Of a DNA stretch of 64,000 bases, positions 49,601 to 57,926 are shown piece after piece. A model generated the notes under the pieces. It was not told the origin of the DNA, searched no databases, and saw only the letters and a program-made list of their open reading frames with translations. Numbering within the stretch: position 1 is the stretch's first letter; each line of letters begins with the position of its first letter. Made by a program: the position numbers and the translations under genes. The stretch spans positions 20,096 through 84,095 of the forward strand of contig CAYTAU010000003.1 of NCBI GenBank assembly GCA_964435855.1, in the 5' to 3' direction. Source of the DNA: an uncultured Bacteroidales bacterium (GTDB taxonomy: Bacteria > Bacteroidota > Bacteroidia > Bacteroidales > CAYTAU01).

Positions 49601-50079
49601 TTAGGACTGTCTATTATTGAATCTAAATCTATTTCATCATCGATCTTTTTTGGTTTATCTTTTGTAATCTCAATTTCTGTTTGCTGATTAATATATCTTG
49701 AGATTATCTTAACAAGATTATTTACTGTATCTCTTCCCTCGTACAAAAAGGGTTCTACGCCCGATTCCTCAAATTCTTTTGTGTAAAATACCTCTATTTT
49801 GCCAATTTTCTTATCAATAGTTTCAAAGCCATGAGCCATACTTCGTGTATCGGGTTGAAAATTATTTGAATCAAAAGTTTTACCATCATAAGTTATTCTA
49901 ACAGCAGTATATTGTGGATAAGGCCATGCATCAGGCATTATCAGAGCAATATGTTTTAATGTCTCATCAATTGATTTTCCTTCATTAATAATACTTGCAG
50001 TTTTATTAATACATATAAGCTCATTATTATCGGAATTAAATTTTTGAATATTTGGGTCGCTTTTAGATTTGTCAATCAT
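46648..50079 (-). CDS. receiver-like domains + PPDK/PEP-synthase N-terminal (ATP-grasp) domain protein, with an extra N-terminal sensor-like segment
   Basis: ILLVEDS, LGGKGRGLAF, AVRSSSLFEDS, GLGAYVVEG, LLQIKP, GPGRWGS; no His-phosphocarrier or pyruvate-binding barrel recognised. Confidence 0.8.
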   Translation of the reverse strand: MIDKSKSDPNIQKFNSDNNELICINKTASIINEGKSIDETLKHIALIMPDAWPYPQYTAVRITYDGKTFDSNNFQPDTRSMAHGFETIDKKIGKIEVFYTKEFEESGVEPFLYEGRDTVNNLVKIISRYINQQTEIEITKDKPKKIDDEIDLDSIIDSPKLFKKLLYKCNTDRDIFHDLMRFKVKEILLVANLYDTYIFEQEGRFSENILGEYYHLNLTSTPRITGVSYNTEVLEHLNDKHYDLVVIMLGLNKRTPIALSKVIKRRYPYIPIFLLLNNNLDIALLTEKPNMLESIDMHFVWNGDSKIFYTMVKHIEDKVNAKNDTSIGMVRVILLVEDSPKYYSRYLPLLYDTIRKQTRSLMEDTISDGLYKVLRLRARPKILLVSNFEDAISIYEEYKDNLLCVISDVHYPKNGKQCDTAGIELIKYVKENSPNIATVLQSSDSNNEKKAKELNSVFINKNSDSLSQDIKDFISKYLGFGNFIFCDSNGIEIAIAKSLKEFVSIFEIIPVESIIYHALKFHFSFWFIARGEIHIAKAVNEKYVSDYENPEDIRTFILESITKYKNERDIGKVVMFDESALTDESTIVKLSSGALGGKGRGLAFINTLMCNFYFSKLIPDIHITSPKTSIIGTDEYDEFMINNKLNKLVLIEKDEEKIKKAFIKAKLSDHLIENLEIALKYFTKPIAVRSSSLFEDSLMQPFSGIFSTYLLPNNNFSLEIRMKHVTDAIKLVYASIYSKNARTYFEAVNYKIEEEKMAIIIQEVVGDKFEDYFYPHISGTAQSHNYYPIGHMKPEEGFATAAVGLGAYVVEGEKSYRFSPSYPKTEINSNEALIKNSQTEFLAIDLKKEDFNLLDGQNAALARLEIGVAEKHENLHHCASVYDYNNDRIVPGLGIVGPRIINFANILKYNCIPLAETISTVLEIIKESIGAPAEIEFAIELNEDKLSAFHLLQIKPLVGNDDDFNIDIDKIAKKQLLLLSEKSMGNGVIKDIDDVIYVKNENFDNTKTIEMANELDKLNVQMLKENKKYILIGPGRWGSQDRFIGVPVLWPQISNAKVIVEISLDEFPLDASLGSHFFHNVTSMNVGYFTVQHKATSDFINWEMLAEQKTIEETKHFKHIKFNKPLTISMDGKKSISVISINN

Positions 50080-50183
50080 AAGTTTAATTTTCTCAAATTA
50101 TTTTAATTCAAAGGAAATTTAAGGGGATAAAAATACTAAATAAATAATTAAAACGCAATTGACATTTTTATCCTCGAAATATC

Positions 50184-50236
50184 GATTATGAAACTCTGAA
50201 GAAACTATCACGAAAATAGAACGCTATATCACGAAA
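50184..50236 (-). promoter_or_regulatory. direct-repeat operator with 21-bp period (LytTR-like)
   Basis: TATCACGAAA at 50206-50215 and 50227-50236; weaker GATTATGAAA at 50184-50193. Confidence 0.4.
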
Positions 50237-50460
50237 GGGTAATAAAGATTATTTTATAATGCCATATACTTTCCCCAATATCGCAAGTCTGTGCTTGTGA
50301 TTAATGGAAAATGCCGAGACCACCCCGAGTACTTGGGGCGGTAGTTGGTGTTACCTGTAAGCGAAAAACGAAAAAAAGCAGATTGGCCTGATTTTAAACG
50401 GAAAAATGATTAGTTAGAAAATTGCTGATGACTCAAGAAGCAATGAAACAATTGAAAAAT

Positions 50461-51567
50461 TTATTTTATTAAGCCATAAACTTTTCCCGGCAAACTCTTT
50501 ACAATACCATTAAATTCTAAATTTAAAAGCAAAGCAGAAATTTTGCTTATTGATAATTCGGTTTTAATTCTAATTATATCAATATTTAGTTTGTCATCTT
50601 TTTTCAATAAATTAACAATAGTTTTTTCTTCTGTAGAAAGCTCATTAAATATTTTTGTTTGAATTGCTTTTGGTTTTTTATTTTGTTCCCATCCCAAAAT
50701 ATATTCAAGGTCTGCAACAGATTCTATTAATGCTGCTTTATGTGATTTTATGAGCCTGTTACAACCTTCTGAATATTTATTATTTATATTTCCCGGAAAC
50801 GCAAATACATCTCTGTTATATGAATTTGCAATATCGGCTGTAATTAAAGCCCCTCCTTTTTTTGCAGATTCTACAACAATAGTTGCATCAGACATTCCTG
50901 CAATTATTCTGTTTCTTCTTACAAAATTACCTTTATCGTTTTTTGAATTAGATTTAAATTCAGTAAGTAATCCTCCATTTTTAATAATATCTTTAGCAAC
51001 ACTGCTATGTGCAACCGGATATATTAAATTTAAACCATGTCCTAAAACTGCTATGGTTTTAAAATTGTTATTTAATGCAGATTTGTGTGCCTGAACATCT
51101 ATGCCGTATGCCAAGCCGCTAACAATTACCGGATTATGTCCTCTTGCATTTATGTCTGTAATCAGCTTATCACATATTGACTTCCCGTAATCTGTTGCTT
51201 TTCTTGTTCCAATAATGCTTATTATTTTAGAGTTATTTAAATCGACGTCTCCTTTCATGTATAATAAAATAGGTGAATCATAACACTCTTTTAACCTGTT
51301 TGGATAATCTTTATCTAAAAAGAAGTATGTTTTTAAATTATATTTATTAATAAATTCTATTTCTCTTTTAGCTTCTTCAATAACATTATTTTTAATAATA
51401 ATTTTGGCAAGCGTTTCACCTATGCCCGGAATTTTAACCAATATTCTTTTCTTTTCTTTAAATACTCCCTCTAAACTCCCAACATAAGCAATTAACTTTT
51501 TTGCGTTTACAGGACCTATTTTAGGAATGAAACTAATGGCTATTTTATATAATAACTGATTATCCAC
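50461..51567 (-). CDS. dprA: DNA processing protein DprA
   Basis: SIIGTR, VSGLAYGID, AVLGHG, FVRRNRIIAG, GGALITA, C-terminal winged helix. Confidence 0.95.
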   Translation of the reverse strand: MDNQLLYKIAISFIPKIGPVNAKKLIAYVGSLEGVFKEKKRILVKIPGIGETLAKIIIKNNVIEEAKREIEFINKYNLKTYFFLDKDYPNRLKECYDSPILLYMKGDVDLNNSKIISIIGTRKATDYGKSICDKLITDINARGHNPVIVSGLAYGIDVQAHKSALNNNFKTIAVLGHGLNLIYPVAHSSVAKDIIKNGGLLTEFKSNSKNDKGNFVRRNRIIAGMSDATIVVESAKKGGALITADIANSYNRDVFAFPGNINNKYSEGCNRLIKSHKAALIESVADLEYILGWEQNKKPKAIQTKIFNELSTEEKTIVNLLKKDDKLNIDIIRIKTELSISKISALLLNLEFNGIVKSLPGKVYGLIK

Positions 51568-51645
51568 TTAAATTATATTTACGGCAAATCTAAAATATTT
51601 TTCCTAATTTTAAACCCTCTTTTAAAATTTAAAAAATATTATAAT

Positions 51646-52179
51646 ATGTCTATAATATCTGAAAAAGAAATTAGCGAAAAAGGATTAATTTCAATTGCCG
51701 AAAAAATGGCAATAGCTGCTCGAACAGCTCCAAAAGGACGCGGGTATAATAATATTGAAATTAAACTCGTAACAGGAAAAGATATTAAGAAAATATCTGA
51801 TAAAATGAAAGAAATTGGGGATGAAAAAGAACAAGCATTCTTTATTCGTGATGCAGAAAATATTCTTTTATCGCCTGTTATATTTCTTATTGCGGTGAAA
51901 GTAAATGCTGTAGATTTGAATTGTGGCTTATGCGGTTTTAAAGATTGCAATGCCAAAAATAAATTTAAAGAAGTGCCATGTGCGTTCAATACAATTGACA
52001 TTGGAATAGCTTTAGGTTCCGCAGTTGGTATCGCATCAAATCACAGGGTTGATAATCGTATAATGTACACTATTGGGCAAGCGGTTGATTCTTTAAATAT
52101 TTTTGATGAAGAGTTTAAAATAATTTTTGGAGTTCCTTTAACAGCAACATCTAAAAGCCCATTTTTTGACAGAAAATAA
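51646..52179 (+). CDS. DUF2148-type ferredoxin-domain protein
   Basis: AARTAPKGRG, NCGLCGFKDC, DIGIALGSA, VDNRIMY, KSPFFDR. Confidence 0.8.
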   Translation: MSIISEKEISEKGLISIAEKMAIAARTAPKGRGYNNIEIKLVTGKDIKKISDKMKEIGDEKEQAFFIRDAENILLSPVIFLIAVKVNAVDLNCGLCGFKDCNAKNKFKEVPCAFNTIDIGIALGSAVGIASNHRVDNRIMYTIGQAVDSLNIFDEEFKIIFGVPLTATSKSPFFDRK

Positions 52180-52501
52180 TAAGATGTATTCTCTTTACAT
52201 TGCAACAAAAATATTTGATTTATTTAATAACAGTAGCCAAAATGAATATCAAATATCGAATGCTAAATAACAAAGTAAAAAATGATTGAATAATTGATAA
52301 ATTTTGTAACATATATTATTATTTTTGCCAAAAAACAGAAACAACTTTAACATTTTTCATTTAACATTCTACATTTAATATTTAAATGTTGAATTAATAA
52401 AAACATACTTTAATATATATATGTAAAATTTAATATTTTATAAATGTTTATCCTGTAACGAAGTGTAAAATCGGGGCAACAAATTTGAAAGCACCTTTAT
52501 A

Positions 52502-53455
52502 ATGCAAATTAAGATACTATTTATCGATTCTATACACAATGTGCTAATAAAAAAATTAGTAACAGCAAATTTTATTTGCGATTACAAACCAACTATTCTC
52601 TTACAAGAGATTGAAAATATTATTGCAAATTATGATGGTATTATTTTGCGTAATAAAATAATAATTGATAAAAATATAATTGATAGAGCTGTTAAATTAA
52701 AATTTATTGGAAGAGTTGGTTCCGGGCTTGAAAATATTGATGTTGCTTATGCTTCTGAAAAAAAAATAAAGTGTTTTAATTCACCTGAAGGTAATTGCAA
52801 TGCTGTTGGTGAACATGCCATTGGAATGCTTTTATCTTTATTTCATAATATAAATATTTCAAATTATGAACTTAGATCAGGAATTTGGAACAGGGAAAAA
52901 AACAGAGGAATTGAACTTAATAATATAACAATAGGCATTATTGGTTATGGAAATACAGGCTCGGCATTTGCTAAAAAATTAAAAGGATTTAATGTTAAAA
53001 TATTAGCTTACGATAAATATAAAAGTAATTATACTTCTGAAAATGTAATTGAAACAAACATGGAAGACATATTTAATAATTCCGATATTTTAAGCTTACA
53101 TATTCCATTAACTAATGAAAATGAATATCTTGTAAATGATGAATTTATAAATAAGTTTAAAAATAATATTTACATTATTAATACTTCAAGGGGCAAAGTT
53201 ATTGATACTTCAGATTTGATTAAAAATCTAAAAACAAATAAAGTTAAGGGAGCTTGCCTTGATGTTATGGAATATGAAAGTCATACCTTTGAGAACCTAT
53301 TCAATAATAAAAACTCTGAAGATTTTAATTATTTATGTAAGGCAAATAATGTTATACTAACACCACATATTGCGGGTTTAACAAAAGAATCGAAATATAA
53401 AACGGCTGCTGTATTAGCTGAGAAAATAATTGAAAATTATAATTCTATTTTGTAA
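52502..53455 (+). CDS. D-2-hydroxyacid dehydrogenase (SerA-like, no ACT domain)
   Basis: GIIGYGNTG, INTSRG, LDVMEYE, TPHIAG. Confidence 0.88.
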   Translation: MQIKILFIDSIHNVLIKKLVTANFICDYKPTILLQEIENIIANYDGIILRNKIIIDKNIIDRAVKLKFIGRVGSGLENIDVAYASEKKIKCFNSPEGNCNAVGEHAIGMLLSLFHNINISNYELRSGIWNREKNRGIELNNITIGIIGYGNTGSAFAKKLKGFNVKILAYDKYKSNYTSENVIETNMEDIFNNSDILSLHIPLTNENEYLVNDEFINKFKNNIYIINTSRGKVIDTSDLIKNLKTNKVKGACLDVMEYESHTFENLFNNKNSEDFNYLCKANNVILTPHIAGLTKESKYKTAAVLAEKIIENYNSIL

Positions 53456-56400
53456 TAACCAGTTTTTTTGTTTGAGAAAAATTATCAGTTTCTAATTTGT
53501 AAAAATAAATTCCCTGCATAATTTTATTTTCAATGTTATAAGAAATTATTGTTTCTCCTTTTATAAGTTTTTCATCACAAATATCTGCTACTTTTCTGCC
53601 CTGTATATCAAATAATGATATTTTTATATTTTGATATTTATTTAATGACATATAGAAATTTACTGAACAATTAGCAGGGTTGGGATAAACAATAATTTGT
53701 GGTTTTTCAGTAATATTATTTATTAAATCTAAAAATAACGAATCTGCCGTACCGGGTGAGCCATGTGCAAGTTCACTTGCTTCCCAACTGCTTGCAATTG
53801 AATTATTCAAATATGGCAATTTTAATACAAGTGTTGGTCCGTTGCCATCGGGTTCAGTAGGCCATGGAAAACTGTCGTCGTATGGGACATAATCAGTTAA
53901 AACACCATTGAAATCGTATAATTTTATTAGCTCACCTGCACCACTCAATCCAAAATCCATATTTCCAATAATATTATTTATGTTTGGATAAAACAATCTA
54001 AATTTACTAGTATCTCTGCACAATACAATATAATCATCTACTTGTAATATAAATCCCAGAGGGAATTCAAATGTATTACCACCACCATCTTCAAATATCC
54101 AATTGCCCATGTAAATGTCAACTAAAGATGCGTTGTAAAATTCAACCCAGTCGTCAGTATCAAATGATGCTGATGAATTATAATTTATTTCGTTTATAAC
54201 AATGCTTGTATCAGCAGGAAGTGTTAGTGGTTGAAATAATGCGGTTAAACTAACATTTGTATCCGGATAAATTGTTATATAAGAAGTATCTTCTAAAGAA
54301 CCTATCCAACCAATAAATTCATATCCCGGTTTTGCAATAGCCTCAATAGTATTTGCCATTTCAGAATAATAATCACCTGTCCAGGGAAAATTAGAAAGTG
54401 TAATTGTGTTTAAATTTATAATTCCTGCATCTTCCGGGATACAAGTTAAATCTAAATTAATCATTTCATTTAATGAATATTGGAGTTTAATGTGTTCCCT
54501 TACAAAACCCCTCCTTGCTGTATTATAGGTTCTTAATGCCTGAACCGCAGTTTGCCAATTAGAAAAAGAGCTTCCCCATTTTGTAACATATTGTGGTATT
54601 TCAGGAACTAAATAATTTTCCAGTGAATCTATAATAGTATTTATAGAATCGGGTGAAAAATATGAATTTAATAGATCTGAAAACCTAACAATAAAATATT
54701 CTTTAAATTCCGGATACTCAAGTAAACCACGAATAAGTCTTGTATTTAAACCTCCCCATGGTCTATCTCCAGGCAATGTTCCTGTTCCCCAGTCTAAAGT
54801 ATTCCAATTTGGATCACTGGCATTTCCTGTTGGTGTAGGAAATGGCATTCCTAAACCATGGTCAACATCCCATAAAATCCAGCCAAATTTGGCACCAAGT
54901 GTATCAGGTTTCCATAATTTAATATTGTTTGACAACCAATCATAATTTCCAAAATATACTTCAGTTATCCAATAATCTGCAAAATCTTTAACATGAACTC
55001 TTGATTCAAGAAAATTATAATTTGCAGGTATACTTATATCAGCAGTATCAGCAAAAGTTCTAACTATATTATAATCATTCCAATCTCCTTCAATAATATC
55101 ATGATTAGTAGTTGGATTTGAAACGCCAAAACATCTTTCCAATATATCCATAGGCAAGTCACTATCATAGCCATGAGTACCTTCAATATAATATCTGTCA
55201 ATTCTTTCTCTAATATTATATATGGCATGATAATTACCATTAATATATACATTTACCGGCTGATATCCACAAGTGCTTGTTGTAGAATTACTTCTAATAA
55301 TTGCTGTGTTTATAACTCCATCACGCATATGGGCTCTGCTTCCATAAAATAATCCATCGTTACCTGCATTACGAAACACAAGTCTTTTAAAATAATCAGT
55401 TTCTTTATTGTCAAATATTTTATAATTAATTTCTTTATCTCCATACATTGTTCGTGCATGTAACCTAAAACTTTCCTGAGCCTGAGAAATTTTTCCATGC
55501 GATTGTGTTCCTCCATCAATAGAAAATCCAAGACTTCCATCTTCCTCAAAATATTCAACATGCACTGAAACATCAACATTAAATCCCCAAATATCTGAAG
55601 TACTTGAAGAAACTGATAAAACGGGTATTGTTGAAGAAACATTCATAAAATATGTATGAGTAACAACTCTACTAGGTACACACGAAGATTTATATGCTAT
55701 TGCTCTAATAATTTTTGTATTATCAATAAAAATCGGTATAATGTATACAGCAGATGTTTGATTTGGTGTAGAACCGTCTGTAGTATAATAAATTGTTGCA
55801 CCTAATGTATCAACATCTAATGTTATTGAAAAAGTATCGTTATAAAAACCTCCTGATAACGAAAAATTTGGATTCGGTACAATATTGAGCATTCCTGTTG
55901 TAATATTTGAAGCTCCGGGAGTAGGTGTATCGAAAAAATTCCAGTTAACACCTCCATCGGGTTGTCTTCCTTTTGAAATATTATAAACCTGTGTGCCAAA
56001 AATTTCCTGATCAATTAAAACAATACTATCGGGTGTAAAAATTCCTATTTCTTCACCTGTATCCTCAAGTTTAAATCCAAGGTGGTCAACTCCCTGACCC
56101 GTATCGTCATCTGCCCATAAAATTAAATAACCACCAGCAGGTATTATTAGTGAAGAGGGTATTTCCCATTCTGTAGAATCCGATAAATCATCTGTGAAAA
56201 ATACACCTTGTAAATCAATAGGAAGTGTTCCATAATTATATAATTCTATCCAATCATCATATTCACCTGCACTATCCTGATTAATTGTGCCATTAACAGC
56301 AAGAAATTCATTAATTTTTAATGTATAAATAACAGCTTTTGTTGATTTACCACTTTTCACAGAATTCATACCTGTTGTATCAATCCCCAGTTCTGTATCA

Positions 56401-56504
56401 TAGCCATAAGGATAACTTTCTGTCTCAACCTGTGAATAAGACACATTCAATGTACAAATAAGTATTATTAAAGCTTTATATGATTGTGTAATTATATTTT
56501 TCAT
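53445..56504 (-). CDS. T9SS-secreted CotH kinase family protein with lamin-tail domains
   Basis: INEF...DWIELYN LTD, YYTTDGS, IRERID, NYDWLSNNIK, WDVD, CTD VYPNPA...KKLVITK. Confidence 0.87.
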   Translation of the reverse strand: MKNIITQSYKALIILICTLNVSYSQVETESYPYGYDTELGIDTTGMNSVKSGKSTKAVIYTLKINEFLAVNGTINQDSAGEYDDWIELYNYGTLPIDLQGVFFTDDLSDSTEWEIPSSLIIPAGGYLILWADDDTGQGVDHLGFKLEDTGEEIGIFTPDSIVLIDQEIFGTQVYNISKGRQPDGGVNWNFFDTPTPGASNITTGMLNIVPNPNFSLSGGFYNDTFSITLDVDTLGATIYYTTDGSTPNQTSAVYIIPIFIDNTKIIRAIAYKSSCVPSRVVTHTYFMNVSSTIPVLSVSSSTSDIWGFNVDVSVHVEYFEEDGSLGFSIDGGTQSHGKISQAQESFRLHARTMYGDKEINYKIFDNKETDYFKRLVFRNAGNDGLFYGSRAHMRDGVINTAIIRSNSTTSTCGYQPVNVYINGNYHAIYNIRERIDRYYIEGTHGYDSDLPMDILERCFGVSNPTTNHDIIEGDWNDYNIVRTFADTADISIPANYNFLESRVHVKDFADYWITEVYFGNYDWLSNNIKLWKPDTLGAKFGWILWDVDHGLGMPFPTPTGNASDPNWNTLDWGTGTLPGDRPWGGLNTRLIRGLLEYPEFKEYFIVRFSDLLNSYFSPDSINTIIDSLENYLVPEIPQYVTKWGSSFSNWQTAVQALRTYNTARRGFVREHIKLQYSLNEMINLDLTCIPEDAGIINLNTITLSNFPWTGDYYSEMANTIEAIAKPGYEFIGWIGSLEDTSYITIYPDTNVSLTALFQPLTLPADTSIVINEINYNSSASFDTDDWVEFYNASLVDIYMGNWIFEDGGGNTFEFPLGFILQVDDYIVLCRDTSKFRLFYPNINNIIGNMDFGLSGAGELIKLYDFNGVLTDYVPYDDSFPWPTEPDGNGPTLVLKLPYLNNSIASSWEASELAHGSPGTADSLFLDLINNITEKPQIIVYPNPANCSVNFYMSLNKYQNIKISLFDIQGRKVADICDEKLIKGETIISYNIENKIMQGIYFYKLETDNFSQTKKLVITK

Positions 56505-56524
56505 TTTTTGTCGTCTATTATTAT

Positions 56525-56554
56525 AGACTCATATTAATATAAAAGGTTGCTTTA
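56525..56554 (-). promoter_or_regulatory. putative ECF-sigma promoter
   Basis: minus strand TAAAGCAACC-N16-GTCT. Confidence 0.55.
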
Positions 56555-56570
56555 AAATTCATGTGTTAAA

Positions 56571-57926
56571 TTAATTCAATATTACTTTTTTAAATATAAC
56601 ACAATCCTCTTTTATTAGACGAATAAAATAAATACCTTTTGAATTATTGCCTAGATCTATTTTATAAGCTTTAAAGTTTTGAATGCCTTGAAGGGTTTTT
56701 ATTGTTTTACCTGTAATATCAATAATTTCTATATTTTTAATGTTTTGTCCCTCAATTAAAAATATTCCTGTAGTAGGATTTGGATATATTTTAATATCAA
56801 TATTTTCTAAAATTTCATTAGATACTGAAGAAGTATCATAATATTCAAAAGCACCTATATCAATAAAATTTCCGTTTGTATCAAGTGGGTCACTAGGATC
56901 TCCTGCATTAATACATATTGAGCCTGCAAAAAGGTGAAAATCAAGATTTGCTGTATCTACAAAATTAGGATATCCAACAATATTTCCAACTCCTACCATT
57001 GTATCAATTTCAGAACAAGAATAAGTGACTTCAACATAAGATGTAGGCTGAACTGCAATAGAACAAAAATCCGGGTTCGAAAAAATTGTATTTCTAATGT
57101 AAGCTGTTCCGCCAGAATTTGATGTACCTCCATGATAACATTGAATGCCAAAATAGGTTTTATATACAGTATTATTATATGCAGTCAATACTGCTCCAGT
57201 ATGTGTTTGCATTCCCCCAGTCCCTTCATACATCACATTTCTGTAAACTGATGCTACTGAACTTTCACCAAGGCTAACTCCATAATCATTATTTTCAAAG
57301 TAATTATGATGAATTGAAACATTTGTTGCTCCCGTTCCAATATCAATTGCATCATCATTCCAATTTGTAAATCTATTATTGTAGAATAATCCATAATTAA
57401 TACCATCTGCATCAATACAATCAATTTTAGCAGTATTTTTTATACCAGCAAAATTACAATCATTCACGACTACAGTATCCGCATAGTGTATAGCTACTAC
57501 ATCTCCACCTGTAACACTATCACAACGAGAATTATCCATTCTAATTTCACCATAATTTGCAGATAAAATTTGAGTTGCATGTTTAATTACACAATAAGAA
57601 ATATTAATATTTGCATGATCACCTGATATCCTACTCCATTTTGTAGTATTGTTTAACAGATGAATACTATCATTAATCTCTCCATTAAAATTGAGATTTG
57701 CATAACTAACAATAATTGAAGCATTATTTTCAATATAAATAATTGTACCTGGTTCAACATCAAATGTAGCACCTGAATTTATTGTTATACTTGTACTCAT
57801 AAGATATGGAGACAAGCTGCTTTGCAATACTGTATCGCTTGAAAAAGTTCCACTTAATGGGGTTTGAGCAAAGTTGCTTAAAAATAAAAACTGAAAAATT
57901 AATATGTATAAAAGGTTTTTATTCAT
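56571..57926 (-). CDS. T9SS-secreted right-handed beta-helix protein
   Basis: DCIDAD, DDAIDIG beta-helix turns; S.CINAG...DIGAFEY; CTD IYPNPT. Confidence 0.82.
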   Translation of the reverse strand: MNKNLLYILIFQFLFLSNFAQTPLSGTFSSDTVLQSSLSPYLMSTSITINSGATFDVEPGTIIYIENNASIIVSYANLNFNGEINDSIHLLNNTTKWSRISGDHANINISYCVIKHATQILSANYGEIRMDNSRCDSVTGGDVVAIHYADTVVVNDCNFAGIKNTAKIDCIDADGINYGLFYNNRFTNWNDDAIDIGTGATNVSIHHNYFENNDYGVSLGESSVASVYRNVMYEGTGGMQTHTGAVLTAYNNTVYKTYFGIQCYHGGTSNSGGTAYIRNTIFSNPDFCSIAVQPTSYVEVTYSCSEIDTMVGVGNIVGYPNFVDTANLDFHLFAGSICINAGDPSDPLDTNGNFIDIGAFEYYDTSSVSNEILENIDIKIYPNPTTGIFLIEGQNIKNIEIIDITGKTIKTLQGIQNFKAYKIDLGNNSKGIYFIRLIKEDCVIFKKVILN

